Shown: positions 16,943-25,949 of the stretch, piece by piece | Position numbering within the stretch: the stretch's first letter is position 1 | How the letters are laid out: the number at the start of each line of letters is the position of its first letter | From: a virus | Taxonomy: Duplodnaviria; Caudoviricetes | IMG/VR virus record: IMGVR_UViG_3300037851_000064 | Location: 1 to 29,541 of that record | Length of the DNA: 29,541 nucleotides | Strand: one strand, 5' to 3' | The notes under the pieces: generated by a model | The model's database searches: none | The model's input: the letters and a program-made list of their open reading frames with translations, nothing else | Told to the model about the DNA's origin: nothing | Program-made: the position numbers and the translations under genes

Positions 16943-17731
16943 CTAGTCTTCGGTGGTGGAGCCGTACTCCGGCTGTCGCGCGATCACGTCGCGCAGTCGC
17001 TCGGCGGCTACGTCGAACGCGGCAAGGGCGTCGAGAAGAGCGCTCAGGTTGCGAGCGGAGAGCACGCGACCCGCCTTCACGTCATCCGAACGGCGTGGGC
17101 CCGGATGAGGCTGGGTGAGGTCGTCGGCAAGGCCCGCCAGGAGCGCCCGCAGGGCGTCCGCCGGCTGTTCGGCAAGGTCTGGATGGTCGAGCACCGCCTT
17201 GATGGGCGGCACGACCGCGAGGATGTTCTGGGGTGACGTGGTGATCGTGTGGCGGATCAGCGGCCAGTAGGTGATCTCGCCGGTGTCCGGGTCGGCCGCC
17301 TTGTTCGCGGCCCGGGAGCTGCCGTACAGCGCCGCGCCGCGCTCCTCGAGCCGCTTGACGAGAGCCAGTCGCTTCTCGCCCGCGTTCGCCCAGAAGTCGG
17401 CCCAGTAGCCGTCATCCTCGGCGTTCTCGTCGAGCACGATGCGGCCGAGGATGGCGCCCTTCATCTTCCCCACGGGGTCCACGCCGTGATGCCAGTCCAC
17501 CAGGCGCACCCGGCTCGCCCTCAGCACGGCGTAGTCACCTGTCAGGTCCGTCCGCTCGCTGAACCACTCGCCGTCAAGATCGACACCGCGCGGCGCCTTC
17601 GGGGATGGGATCGGCCCGCCGAAGGGCACGACGAGGACGCGGCGAGGCGTCCGGCCCGCGAGCCAGCGGTCAAGCTGGGACGTGGACAGGGGCTCGGCCT
17701 TGATTTCGACTGGCGTCCGGTGCAGTTCCAT
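16943..17731 (-). CDS. prohead maturation protease
   Basis: DLDGEWF, WHHG, GYWAD, YGSS, TITTSPQN, then the KAGRVLSARN tail; directly upstream of the capsid gene. Confidence 0.75.
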   Translation of the reverse strand: MELHRTPVEIKAEPLSTSQLDRWLAGRTPRRVLVVPFGGPIPSPKAPRGVDLDGEWFSERTDLTGDYAVLRASRVRLVDWHHGVDPVGKMKGAILGRIVLDENAEDDGYWADFWANAGEKRLALVKRLEERGAALYGSSRAANKAADPDTGEITYWPLIRHTITTSPQNILAVVPPIKAVLDHPDLAEQPADALRALLAGLADDLTQPHPGPRRSDDVKAGRVLSARNLSALLDALAAFDVAAERLRDVIARQPEYGSTTED

Positions 17732-17769
17732 AGGATCACCGCCTAGCGTGCGATGGAGCGCCCGCCCGT

Positions 17770-17790
17770 GCTACTCCACGATTTCGGAGT
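17770..17790. promoter_or_regulatory. palindromic operator ACTCC-N8-GGAGT, copy upstream of protease/capsid
   Basis: GCTACTCCACGATTTCGGAGT is identical (21/21) to 26418-26438. Confidence 0.7.
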
Positions 17791-18464
17791 CACGCGACCA
17801 GTAGCAGGAGTTCCTCTTCCTCGATCCGCGCCCGGTTGTCGGGCACCGGGCGACGCGACTGCGGAGCCGACCGACGGCCGCGACCGCCGCCCGTGTCGAT
17901 CCCGCCGATGCCGATGAGGACCGCCGTCTGCCGCGCCTGCGTCCCGGCGATCGTCCCGGTGATCGGGACGGCCGAGACATCGCCCTCCAGCGCGCCGGCC
18001 GGCGCCGCCTGCGCGCCCGCGAGGACGGCCCGGAGCGCCAGCGTGGCCGCGATCTCGCCCGCCTGTACCGCCTGCGTTCCGGCCAGCGTGGCCCGGAGCG
18101 TCTCGGCCCCGGCCAGCGAACCGCTCGGCGCCGCCTGGGCGCCCGCCAGCGCGCCCGCCATTCGCTCGACGGCGGTGATCTCGCCGGACGGCGCGGCCTG
18201 AGTGCCGGCCGCCGTGGCGAGCATCGACTGCTTGGCCGCGATGGCGGCCGTCTGCGCGGCCTGCGTGCCCGCCAGCGTGGCCGTGACATCTTGGATGTGC
18301 AGCCCGGCGAGGACCGCCGACTGCGCCGCCTGCGTCCCCGCGACGGTGCCCGCGATCGTCAGCTTGCCCGCGACCGTAGCCGTCTGGGCGGCCTGTGTCC
18401 CGGCGAGCGTGCCGGCGATACCGCCGTCGGCCGGCTTGGCGCCGAGGAACAGGCGGAAGGGCAT
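17790..18464 (-). CDS. repeat-containing putative head/neck fibre protein
   Basis: About 8 tandem repeats of ~21 aa with core (L/V)AG(T/A)QAA; C-terminal RIEEEELLLLVA. Confidence 0.65.
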   Translation of the reverse strand: MPFRLFLGAKPADGGIAGTLAGTQAAQTATVAGKLTIAGTVAGTQAAQSAVLAGLHIQDVTATLAGTQAAQTAAIAAKQSMLATAAGTQAAPSGEITAVERMAGALAGAQAAPSGSLAGAETLRATLAGTQAVQAGEIAATLALRAVLAGAQAAPAGALEGDVSAVPITGTIAGTQARQTAVLIGIGGIDTGGGRGRRSAPQSRRPVPDNRARIEEEELLLLVA

Positions 18465-18782
18465 CTACGCGCTCGTCGTCGGGATGCAGATCACCACGTC
18501 GGCCCATTCCTTCGGGCTGGTCTGGTCGATCCCGACCAGCGTGATGACATCGCCGTTCATCTCGGAGGCCGACAGGGTGACGAGGACGAGGACCGAGGAC
18601 GCCGGGCTGACCGAGGGCAGCGTGCCGAGGTTGGCGAGCGCCGTCGCGTCCACCGCCACCTTGAAGTCGCCCGCCGCGATGGTCGGGTTCGACTTGAAGT
18701 TGCCGGGGTTCGCGTAGTCCTCCAGCGCGATGCGGAAGAGAAAGTCCTCGTTCTTGACGGGCGGGTTATAGGGGGCGGCCAT
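18465..18782 (-). CDS. small beta-rich putative virion protein
   Basis: 105 aa, abutting its neighbours in the head operon. Confidence 0.6.
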   Translation of the reverse strand: MAAPYNPPVKNEDFLFRIALEDYANPGNFKSNPTIAAGDFKVAVDATALANLGTLPSVSPASSVLVLVTLSASEMNGDVITLVGIDQTSPKEWADVVICIPTTSA

Positions 18783-18785
18783 CGG

Positions 18786-19988
18786 TCACACTCCGAGCTG
18801 GTAGGTGGCGCGCGGCTCGGTCATGTCGGCGTTGAACCGCAGATCGTCCGTCTGGGCGCCGTCTCGGACGAACGCGAAGACGGGTTGGCCCGTGAACCGC
18901 GGACAGGTGTAGAGGTGGCGCAGGGTCGAGGCGTCCTCCGTGCCGGTCGTCATCCGCGTCTCCGGCCCCCACGTCGCGCCGCTGTCCTGGCTCACCTTCA
19001 TGTAGACGTTGATCGACGTGTTCCACGTCTCGGTGCCGCCCGACGCACCGCCGTAGAAGACGTGCCAGTAGCCGGTCGCCGTGTTAATCGCCACGGCGCA
19101 CAGCCCCTGGTCGTCGGTGGAGTCCAGCACGACGTTCGCGGTCGTCTCGGTGATCGTCGAGGCGTCCACCGTCCAGCACCGGAGGTCGGCGTTCAGGGTG
19201 TCGGTCGCGCTCCACGCGACGAGGACGTGGCGCGTGTTCGTCGGGTCCGGGGCGACGGCGAAGTTGGCAAAGGCGGTGCCGGTGCCGAGTTCGGTCATCG
19301 ACGTGGCGATGCTCGTCTCCGACCATGTGTTGGCCGAGTCGTCGTACAGCTTCCGGCTGATCTCGTTGGCCGAGGCGTCCCAGAAGATCGCCATGATGTC
19401 CTGCGTATCGGCCGCATCGTAGTCGGGGAGCAGGATCATCTGGTCGAGGGTGGCGATCGTCTCGTCCACCGTCCGGGCCGCGTCCCACGCGCCGCTCGGC
19501 ACGTTGGCGGTCGGCAGCCGGTAGAACCCGCCCTCCGCGCCTGCGTCGATCACCGTCTTGCAGTAGACGTTGCCGCCCACCGCTCGCGTCACCGACAGGT
19601 GCCCGCCGGCCGCCGTGCTGGCCCCGGCGAAGATGACCGTCTGCGTCGAGAGCGTGTCGTCGGCTGTATTCAGCGTCCGGTAGAACGTGTCGTCGTTGCC
19701 GGAGTCGGTGAAGACGAAGTGAATGCGGTCGCCCAGCGTCCCGGTCGTGTCGGTCCAACGGTCGTACCAGACGGCGAGGTTCGTGGTGGTGCCGGCCGTC
19801 GCGGCGAGGACGGCCGGCCCCCAGTTCTGCCCGCCGTCGGTGGACTTCCGGTAGGACACGTCCGAGGCGGCGTCGATGTAGACCATGTAGAACGCGCCGT
19901 TGTTGGCCTGCACGACGTAGTTCGTGCCGGCCCCGCTCCAGTTGGCGGCGACCGTGTCGGCAACGGCGAACGAGCAGCGCCGCGGCAT
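18786..19988 (-). CDS. BNR/Asp-box beta-propeller (sialidase-like fold) putative virion protein
   Basis: Asp-boxes STDGGQNW and SQDSGATW; Thr/Asp-rich; no signal peptide. Confidence 0.7.
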   Translation of the reverse strand: MPRRCSFAVADTVAANWSGAGTNYVVQANNGAFYMVYIDAASDVSYRKSTDGGQNWGPAVLAATAGTTTNLAVWYDRWTDTTGTLGDRIHFVFTDSGNDDTFYRTLNTADDTLSTQTVIFAGASTAAGGHLSVTRAVGGNVYCKTVIDAGAEGGFYRLPTANVPSGAWDAARTVDETIATLDQMILLPDYDAADTQDIMAIFWDASANEISRKLYDDSANTWSETSIATSMTELGTGTAFANFAVAPDPTNTRHVLVAWSATDTLNADLRCWTVDASTITETTANVVLDSTDDQGLCAVAINTATGYWHVFYGGASGGTETWNTSINVYMKVSQDSGATWGPETRMTTGTEDASTLRHLYTCPRFTGQPVFAFVRDGAQTDDLRFNADMTEPRATYQLGV

Positions 19989-19991
19989 CGG

Positions 19992-20411
19992 CTAGCCCTT
20001 GTTGACCGTGTACGTCGCGGAGGTGACCGACACCTCGGCGTTTGCCACGATCGAGGTCGTGTTCAGGTTCAGCGTCGAGGTGGCCGTGCCGACCGAGCCG
20101 TCCCAGACGGCCGACGTGCCGTTCGAGGAGAACGCCCGGAACCACGTCGCCGTGCCGGTCGCGTTTGCGGCGCTGTCGGCCGTGAGCGCGGCGAACGTGA
20201 TGACGCCGTTCGTGATGTCGGACTCGGCCGTGGCCGCGAACCGCAGCTCAGCGAGAAGCACCTGGGAGCCGATGGCCGTGTCCACCGTGGCCGGCTGGCC
20301 CGTGCCGCCCGTCGAGTCGTAGATGCGGAGATAGCCGTTGTTCAGGAGGTCGGCAAAGGCGCCGGCCTCCGCGGTCGCGGCAGCGTTACTGATCTTCGTC
20401 GTGTCAGCCAT
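19992..20411 (-). CDS. putative virion structural/decoration protein
   Basis: 139 aa, Thr/Ala-rich; LRIYD...QPAT...LLAEL...ATGTATWFR...DGSVGT pattern seen in phage virion proteins. Confidence 0.65.
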   Translation of the reverse strand: MADTTKISNAAATAEAGAFADLLNNGYLRIYDSTGGTGQPATVDTAIGSQVLLAELRFAATAESDITNGVITFAALTADSAANATGTATWFRAFSSNGTSAVWDGSVGTATSTLNLNTTSIVANAEVSVTSATYTVNKG

Positions 20412-22866
20412 CGATGGGTTCCTCGATCGTTCCGATCATCTGGCCCGCCCGGTCGCGGAGGACCGTGTTGCGGACGGTGGGCTGGCTCACGATGCGGATG
20501 TCCTGCACCATCGCGGCCTTCTGCTCCGGCACCGTCACGTTGACGACGGGCGCCTCGGCCTTCTGCTCGGGCACGTTGACCGTCACCTGTGGCGCGGCCT
20601 GCTCGGGCACCGTGACCTGGTTCACGACCACCGGGGCGGGCTGCTCCGGCATCGTCATTGCGAACTGCGGGTGAACGTGGATCGGGGTGACGATGGTCGC
20701 CGCCGGGAGCTCGCCGGCCTTGCCGACCATCTCGGCCACGATCCGGCGCACGTCGGCTTCCTGCACGTCGGCTCCCTTCTCTACCACCTCGTAGCCCACG
20801 ACGGGCGACCAATCGAGCGTCCCGTTCGGGTGCTCGGCCTCCGTCTCGATGGCCGCCTCGGCCAGCGTGAAGATGTTGCCGTTGCGAGCGGCGCACGCCT
20901 CGTCGCCGTCGCCGTCGAGCGCCTCGACGTACTCCACGTCATGGGCTCGGTACGACTCCAGTGCGGCGGTGTTGTACGACCACATGGCCTCCGTCCGGGC
21001 GATGCGCTCGGCGCGATACTCGTCGAACGCGGCGGCGGCGGCCACCTTCTCGCCGAGGATGCGGGCCGGGTCGCCCTGCTCGAACCCCTCGGCCAGCGCC
21101 TCGCGGATGACGCGCAGCACCTCGTCGCGGGTCGTCTCGTTGATGCCCGTGATCCGCTTGCCGGCGCGAGTGAGGAGCGTCGAGACGATGCCCTCGGCCA
21201 GCGGGTCGGCCTTCCGCGGCATCGTCGCGCCGACGCCCGAGTAGACCGCCTCGCCCGTCCGCGCGTAGTAGGGGGCGATCGCGTCGCGCAGCCGTTTGTC
21301 CCACCTGGCCGCGTTCCACCAGCGCGTGTCCTTCGGGTTCGCCAAGACGTGCTCGGCGTGGCCGCGCACCCATTCCACGATCTCGTCGCGCTGCTCTTCG
21401 AGCACCTTGGCGACGGCGCGCTCGATGGCCGGGACGTTCACCTTGTCGAGCTTCGACCGCAGCTTGGCGAGGGGCGACGCCTTCGCTGGCATCGACTGCT
21501 CGGGCTCCCCCGTGAACGGTGGCGGGGTCGGCGGCGCCACCGGCTCGGGGGTCGGGCTGGGCCCGTCCGGGCCGCCCGTGAACGCCTCGGTCAAGCCGAC
21601 CGGCAGCCACACGGCGTTGTCGATCTCCGGCTTGCCGAACGGGCCGAGGCCGACGAGCTCGCGGCGCTCGGCGTTCGTGAGCGGGAGGTCGCGCGCCTTC
21701 GCGGCAACCTCGTAGGCCGGCATGTCGTCGTCGAACGTCGGCTCCTCGATCACCAGGTTCACCGTGAACGGCAGCCGGTCGAGGAGGCCGTACTGGATCG
21801 TCTCTTGCATCGACACGACGCGATCGTGGACAGCGCCCTGCATGAGCGTCGCCTCGTCGATCTTGCGCGAGTCGCCGCTGTTGAGGCCGGCGGGGGCCGG
21901 GATGCCCGCGATGGACGGCGGAACGCCCCACACCGCGAAGATGTCGTCGCGGTTCATCTTGGAGAGGTCGGTGAGCGCGAGGTCCGACGGCGAGGCCGCC
22001 GTCTGCGTGAAGTCCACCGGGCCCTCAAGGATCGTCAGGCGCTTCGCGGCGTCGGGCGCCTCGGCCACGTTGCGGAACTCGCGCACCAGCTTGGCGAACT
22101 GGTCCTCGGTGAGGATGCCGGCCTTCGGCGCCACGATGCCCGCCATCCGACCGCCGGTCGCCAGGACGAACGCGGCGTGGCGGTCGGCGTAGTCGGTGAT
22201 CTTCGCCTTGAGGCCCGCCGCCTCGACGAGTCCCGTGGCGTAGTGCCCGAAGTCCGGCGGGTCGAGGTAGAACGGCAGGAGCTCGTGAACGTCGAGCGGC
22301 ACGCCGCCGCGGCCGGTGTCATCCTTCGGGTCGAGCACCCAGCCGATGAGGTTCCCCGCGGCGTCCTCGGCCGTCCACACCCGCGCCGGGTTGACGTACA
22401 TGATCCCGAGCGGGAACTTGTACGAGGCGTCCGGCTGGTCGAGATACCAGTACGCCATCCCGCACAGGCCCATGTGCCGCGACGTGACCGACCACAGTTC
22501 GCGGCGGGTCATCTTGCGCCCGACGTTCGGGAGGTTGGCCTGCGGGCGATCGAGCAGTTGCCGCACTACGGAGGTCGGTCCCGTCCCGCCCTCCTCGATC
22601 TCCTCGTCGTTCTCGTCTTCGAGGTGCCACGGCAGCCCGGCCACGCGGCGCGTCACGGTGCGCTCGGCGGACGCGATCCACGGGTTCGCGTGGTAGAGCG
22701 CCTGCGCCTCCCGCATGAGCTTCTGCGGCGTGCGCGAGAACGCCGAGAGCGGCGTGCCGAACTGGATCATCGCCACGCCGGGGCCGGTGGCGGCCTTGGG
22801 CGGGGGCTCGCCGAGGACGCCGATGCGGGCCGCCTGGTCGGGCGGGAGCGAGTCGAAGAGGGTCAT
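20404..22866 (-). CDS. portal protein fused to a MuF (SPP1 gp7-like) minor head domain and a repeat tail
   Basis: ATG 22866 overlaps the terL stop. Portal motifs LCGMAYW, IFAVWGVPPSIAG, LTNAERRELVGLGP; Pro linker; MuF motifs ITGINETTR, RAERIARTE, HPNG; C-terminal V(T/N)VPEQ repeats. Confidence 0.85.
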   Translation of the reverse strand: MTLFDSLPPDQAARIGVLGEPPPKAATGPGVAMIQFGTPLSAFSRTPQKLMREAQALYHANPWIASAERTVTRRVAGLPWHLEDENDEEIEEGGTGPTSVVRQLLDRPQANLPNVGRKMTRRELWSVTSRHMGLCGMAYWYLDQPDASYKFPLGIMYVNPARVWTAEDAAGNLIGWVLDPKDDTGRGGVPLDVHELLPFYLDPPDFGHYATGLVEAAGLKAKITDYADRHAAFVLATGGRMAGIVAPKAGILTEDQFAKLVREFRNVAEAPDAAKRLTILEGPVDFTQTAASPSDLALTDLSKMNRDDIFAVWGVPPSIAGIPAPAGLNSGDSRKIDEATLMQGAVHDRVVSMQETIQYGLLDRLPFTVNLVIEEPTFDDDMPAYEVAAKARDLPLTNAERRELVGLGPFGKPEIDNAVWLPVGLTEAFTGGPDGPSPTPEPVAPPTPPPFTGEPEQSMPAKASPLAKLRSKLDKVNVPAIERAVAKVLEEQRDEIVEWVRGHAEHVLANPKDTRWWNAARWDKRLRDAIAPYYARTGEAVYSGVGATMPRKADPLAEGIVSTLLTRAGKRITGINETTRDEVLRVIREALAEGFEQGDPARILGEKVAAAAAFDEYRAERIARTEAMWSYNTAALESYRAHDVEYVEALDGDGDEACAARNGNIFTLAEAAIETEAEHPNGTLDWSPVVGYEVVEKGADVQEADVRRIVAEMVGKAGELPAATIVTPIHVHPQFAMTMPEQPAPVVVNQVTVPEQAAPQVTVNVPEQKAEAPVVNVTVPEQKAAMVQDIRIVSQPTVRNTVLRDRAGQMIGTIEEPIDG

Positions 22867-24209
22867 GCTGTCGCTGCCGCCTGTTCTCCGCCCCATGCGG
22901 TCCCGCCACCCCAGGCGGTCCCGGTCGATACGCCCATGACATCGGTGAGTGCCCAGACGAGGGCGTCCATCCGGTCGGGCGAGTCCTCGCCCGGCGCCCC
23001 GGTGTAGGAGCACATCTGGTCTTCCAGTTCCGGTAGCGGCTCGACGTGCGAGACGCGGCCCTGCTCGTAGAGCGCGCTGATCGGCTCGGCTCGCGTCCGC
23101 TTGCCCCGCGCCGCGTGAACGAGCGTCACCGGTACGTTGGGGTCGATCGTGCGGATGACCGTCGAAACGAGGTCGCCGCCGTTGTTCGCCTCGGCGACGA
23201 TCCGGTCGGCCCGGAGGTCGTGGTAGAGCGCGATGGCGCGCTTCGCCCAATCGGCCGGCGGCATCCGGCAGGAGGCGTCGGCGAGGACGTAGCCCCGGCC
23301 GTCGGCCCCGCGCGCCGCGCCGACGATGCCCGTCTCGTCGGAGTCCTCGCCGGATGTGACGGCCGGGTCGATGGCGACCACGATGCGGGCGAGGTCGAAG
23401 ATGGCCTCCCGCGTCTTCGTGTCCATCCGGCGCGCCGGCTGCGCGTAGTCGAGCATCTCCCGGCTCCACAGGGCACCGGGGATGTCGTCGAGGATCTCGC
23501 CCTCAAGCTCCTGCCGGCCGAGGACCGTGCCCGCGTACTTCGCGTACAGCTCGGCGAGAAGGGCGGGGTCCAGGTTGGCGGCGTTGTCCTTCGTCCGCAG
23601 GAGCGTCTTCACGACGGCGGGATCCGCCATGAGGGAGCGGACGAGCGGGTGGCCGCGCTTCGGCGTGCCGGTCGCCACGATGCGGGCCGGCGCCATGCGG
23701 ACGGCGTAGCGGATCGACTCCTCCCACGCCTCGCGCCAGCGGCGCCACAGGCCCACCTCGTCGGCCCACAGGCCGTTGAGGTTGAAGCCCTGGATGGTGG
23801 GGGCGCCGTCGTCGGCCCCGTCGCCGTGGATCGTCGAGCCGTTCCGCAGCCGCATCTCGCCGAGGCTGCGGTTCCACATCTCCACCTTGGCCGAGCCCCC
23901 CCGGCGCACCTCGGCGGCCGTGGTCCCGAGCGCGGCGAGGACGCCCGACGGTCCCTCGATGCACTTGTCGCGCATGTCGGCGAACGTGGGCGCGACGACG
24001 CCGAACGCGCCGACCGTGGACTCCGACATCTCGGCCAGCGCGTTCGAGCCGGTCCACGTCTTCCCCGATCCACGGCCACCACGGACGTACCAGATGCGCC
24101 ACGGCCCCAGCGGCGGGCGCTGCTCGGGGCGGGCTCGGAGGTGCCACGCGATGCCGAGCTCGGCGAGAACCGGGCGGAGGAGGTCGGGCGGGATGGTGTC
24201 GAGCATCAC
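22863..24209 (-). CDS. terL: terminase large subunit
   Basis: Walker A GGRGSGKT, Walker B LWADE, TGTP, nuclease VVAIDPA, EANNGG, SPDRMDALVWA. Confidence 0.95.
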   Translation of the reverse strand: MMLDTIPPDLLRPVLAELGIAWHLRARPEQRPPLGPWRIWYVRGGRGSGKTWTGSNALAEMSESTVGAFGVVAPTFADMRDKCIEGPSGVLAALGTTAAEVRRGGSAKVEMWNRSLGEMRLRNGSTIHGDGADDGAPTIQGFNLNGLWADEVGLWRRWREAWEESIRYAVRMAPARIVATGTPKRGHPLVRSLMADPAVVKTLLRTKDNAANLDPALLAELYAKYAGTVLGRQELEGEILDDIPGALWSREMLDYAQPARRMDTKTREAIFDLARIVVAIDPAVTSGEDSDETGIVGAARGADGRGYVLADASCRMPPADWAKRAIALYHDLRADRIVAEANNGGDLVSTVIRTIDPNVPVTLVHAARGKRTRAEPISALYEQGRVSHVEPLPELEDQMCSYTGAPGEDSPDRMDALVWALTDVMGVSTGTAWGGGTAWGGEQAAATA

Positions 24210-24628
24210 GCCTCCACACGATCAGCGTCGGCGATGGCACGGCGCAGCACCTCGCGGAGCTGCTCCCGCTCATGGTCGCTCATTGCGCCCGTCACCGACT
24301 CCACGCGCTCGGTCGGGTGGCCCGACAGGAGCTGCATGAGCGAGGTTGACTTCTCGGCGGCGAACAGGATGTCGCGCGGCTCGAAGGTGCCCGCGATGAG
24401 GCCCTCGGCAACCCGCTGCCAGGCGAGGGCGGCGACGGTGCGGATGGCGTCGGCCAACTCCTCGCGCGCCTTACGGCGGAACTCGGCATACTCCGGCTGC
24501 TCCATCCAGTAGCGGATCGTCGAGTGCGGGATACCGGTCTGGCGCTCCGCCTCTGTGACCCCCGACAGGTCGGCGGCCAACACTGCGGCAAGCTTCTGGT
24601 GGCGTGGGCGGTTGTTGACGCGGGTCAT
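24206..24628 (-). CDS. terS: terminase small subunit (HTH)
   Basis: ATG 24628; N-terminal HTH (GVTEAERQTGIPHSTIRYW); overlaps the terL start. Confidence 0.7.
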   Translation of the reverse strand: MTRVNNRPRHQKLAAVLAADLSGVTEAERQTGIPHSTIRYWMEQPEYAEFRRKAREELADAIRTVAALAWQRVAEGLIAGTFEPRDILFAAEKSTSLMQLLSGHPTERVESVTGAMSDHEREQLREVLRRAIADADRVEA

Positions 24629-24819
24629 GCCGTCGCCACCTTCTGCGCCTTCCGCTCCACCGCCGTATCCGTGCGCCGCGCGAGGCCGGGGAACACGACA
24701 ACGCGCCACCTGCCGTCCTCGCCGATCCAGTCGACAGACCACGACGGCACGTCCGCCTTGCCGCACGGGATGCGGAAGACGTTGCCGTTCTCGTCGCGGA
24801 TCAGCCGGCCGTCGCTCAC
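24625..24819 (-). CDS. small hypothetical protein
   Basis: GTG 24819 overlaps the upstream TGA; SDGRLIRDENGNVFRIPCG...; stop overlaps the terS ATG. Confidence 0.5.
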   Translation of the reverse strand: MSDGRLIRDENGNVFRIPCGKADVPSWSVDWIGEDGRWRVVVFPGLARRTDTAVERKAQKVATA

Positions 24820-24911
24820 ACGAACCACCGGCATTCGCAGCGGGAGCATGCCGGCGAATGGTTGCGACGGCAATGGCCGCACACCGCGCACCGACAGGAA
24901 CCGCGCTTCAT
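24816..24911 (-). CDS. 31-aa Cys-rich peptide
   Basis: MKRGSCRCAVCGHCRRNHSPACSRCECRWFV; starts right after the holin stop and ends in a GTGA overlap; below the ORF-track cutoff. Confidence 0.5.
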   Translation of the reverse strand: MKRGSCRCAVCGHCRRNHSPACSRCECRWFV

Positions 24912-24912
24912 G

Positions 24913-25128
24913 TCACGCCCCGTCATCCGGCCTGGCTACCGGAGTGACCTGCGACCGGCCGACCTCGGCGCCGAGCAGGGCGAGGATGGCGGCCACGAAC
25001 GCGAGGATGGCGGCCTGCTGGTCGGCGGTGAGGTTCAGGCCGAACGCGACCGCCAGGATCACGGCCGTCTGCACGAAGCCGATGATGCGGACCGGCTCGC
25101 GCCTCCACAGGTCGACGAGAAACTGCAT
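24913..25128 (-). CDS. holin
   Basis: GGAGG RBS; MQFLVDLWRREPVRIIGFVQTAVILAVAFGLNLTADQQAAILAFVAAILALLG...RSQVTP, two TM helices; follows the endolysin. Confidence 0.8.
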   Translation of the reverse strand: MQFLVDLWRREPVRIIGFVQTAVILAVAFGLNLTADQQAAILAFVAAILALLGAEVGRSQVTPVARPDDGA

Positions 25129-25130
25129 GG

Positions 25131-25949
25131 CTAGACCTCCGTTCGGAACGTTTCGGCACCGTCGATCTGGAGCGTGACGGTGTGCATGGTATCGGCGATC
25201 GGGCGCGGGTTCTTCGCGTCGGCCGTCTTGACGAGGAGGAGCTGCTGCTTGCCGCCGGTCGTGACGACGACGCCGCGGAAGGTCGCGTCCGACACGAACG
25301 GGCTGTATCGGTCGCCGGCCACGCTCACCTTCACCTGCGGCTTGCGGCCGAGGTCGTAGAGCTGGACGCCCGCGGCCAGGCTTACGGTGGCCGGCGTCCG
25401 AGTCAGGACAGGAACCATCTCGCCTCCATCGAAGTAGGGCTCGAACACAGGCCGCTTGTCGCGGTCCTCCGAGTCGCGGTAGAAGCTGATGTGCGTGTGC
25501 GTGAGATGCGAGTCGTCGCCCTCGCCGGGCCGTGGGGCCGAGGCGTGGCCGCGCTCGCGGTCCCATCGCAGGACCGTGCTGCCGTCGGGGCTGTAGATGA
25601 TCTCGCGGAAGTCGGCCGTGCCGGGCTGGTTCGTCCGACATCGCTCGACGAGCCACGAGCTGAAGTCACGAAGGTTCGCGAGGCTGCCGCCGAGTCGCCC
25701 GAGGTCGATTGCCGAGGCGGCATTCGACAGGCCGGCCCTGTCGCGGGCCGTCTGGGCGGAGTAGTCGCGGGAGCCGAGGCCCGGCTGGCAGATGTTCTTC
25801 GGGCGACAGGCGCACGCGCCGAAGATGCGATCACGGCCGAGGTGGTAGCCCTTGCAATGTACCGCGTTCCCGACGATGCCGAGCGAAACGCCGCCCTGGG
25901 CGATCCAGTACGACTGGAGATCGAGGAGGGAGCGAGGCGCCACGCTCAT
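25131..25949 (-). CDS. endolysin (probable Zn peptidase, M15-like) with C-terminal binding domain
   Basis: ATG 25949; GIVG..H..GYH...DYS...RD...ASAIDLG...REIIY...DDSHLTHTHISF; lies between two membrane protein genes. Confidence 0.7.
   Translation of the reverse strand: MSVAPRSLLDLQSYWIAQGGVSLGIVGNAVHCKGYHLGRDRIFGACACRPKNICQPGLGSRDYSAQTARDRAGLSNAASAIDLGRLGGSLANLRDFSSWLVERCRTNQPGTADFREIIYSPDGSTVLRWDRERGHASAPRPGEGDDSHLTHTHISFYRDSEDRDKRPVFEPYFDGGEMVPVLTRTPATVSLAAGVQLYDLGRKPQVKVSVAGDRYSPFVSDATFRGVVVTTGGKQQLLLVKTADAKNPRPIADTMHTVTLQIDGAETFRTEV

Noticed and set aside
22867-23469. N-terminal extension of the 1021-aa portal ORF, and similar extensions of the GT, endolysin and beta-helix ORFs
   Set aside because: They overlap upstream genes in another frame; internal starts with stop/start overlaps fit better
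18291-24512. Long plus-strand ORFs (750, 889 and 488 aa) and similar ones elsewhere
   Set aside because: Antisense shadows of high-GC minus-strand genes; Arg/Gly-rich with no motifs
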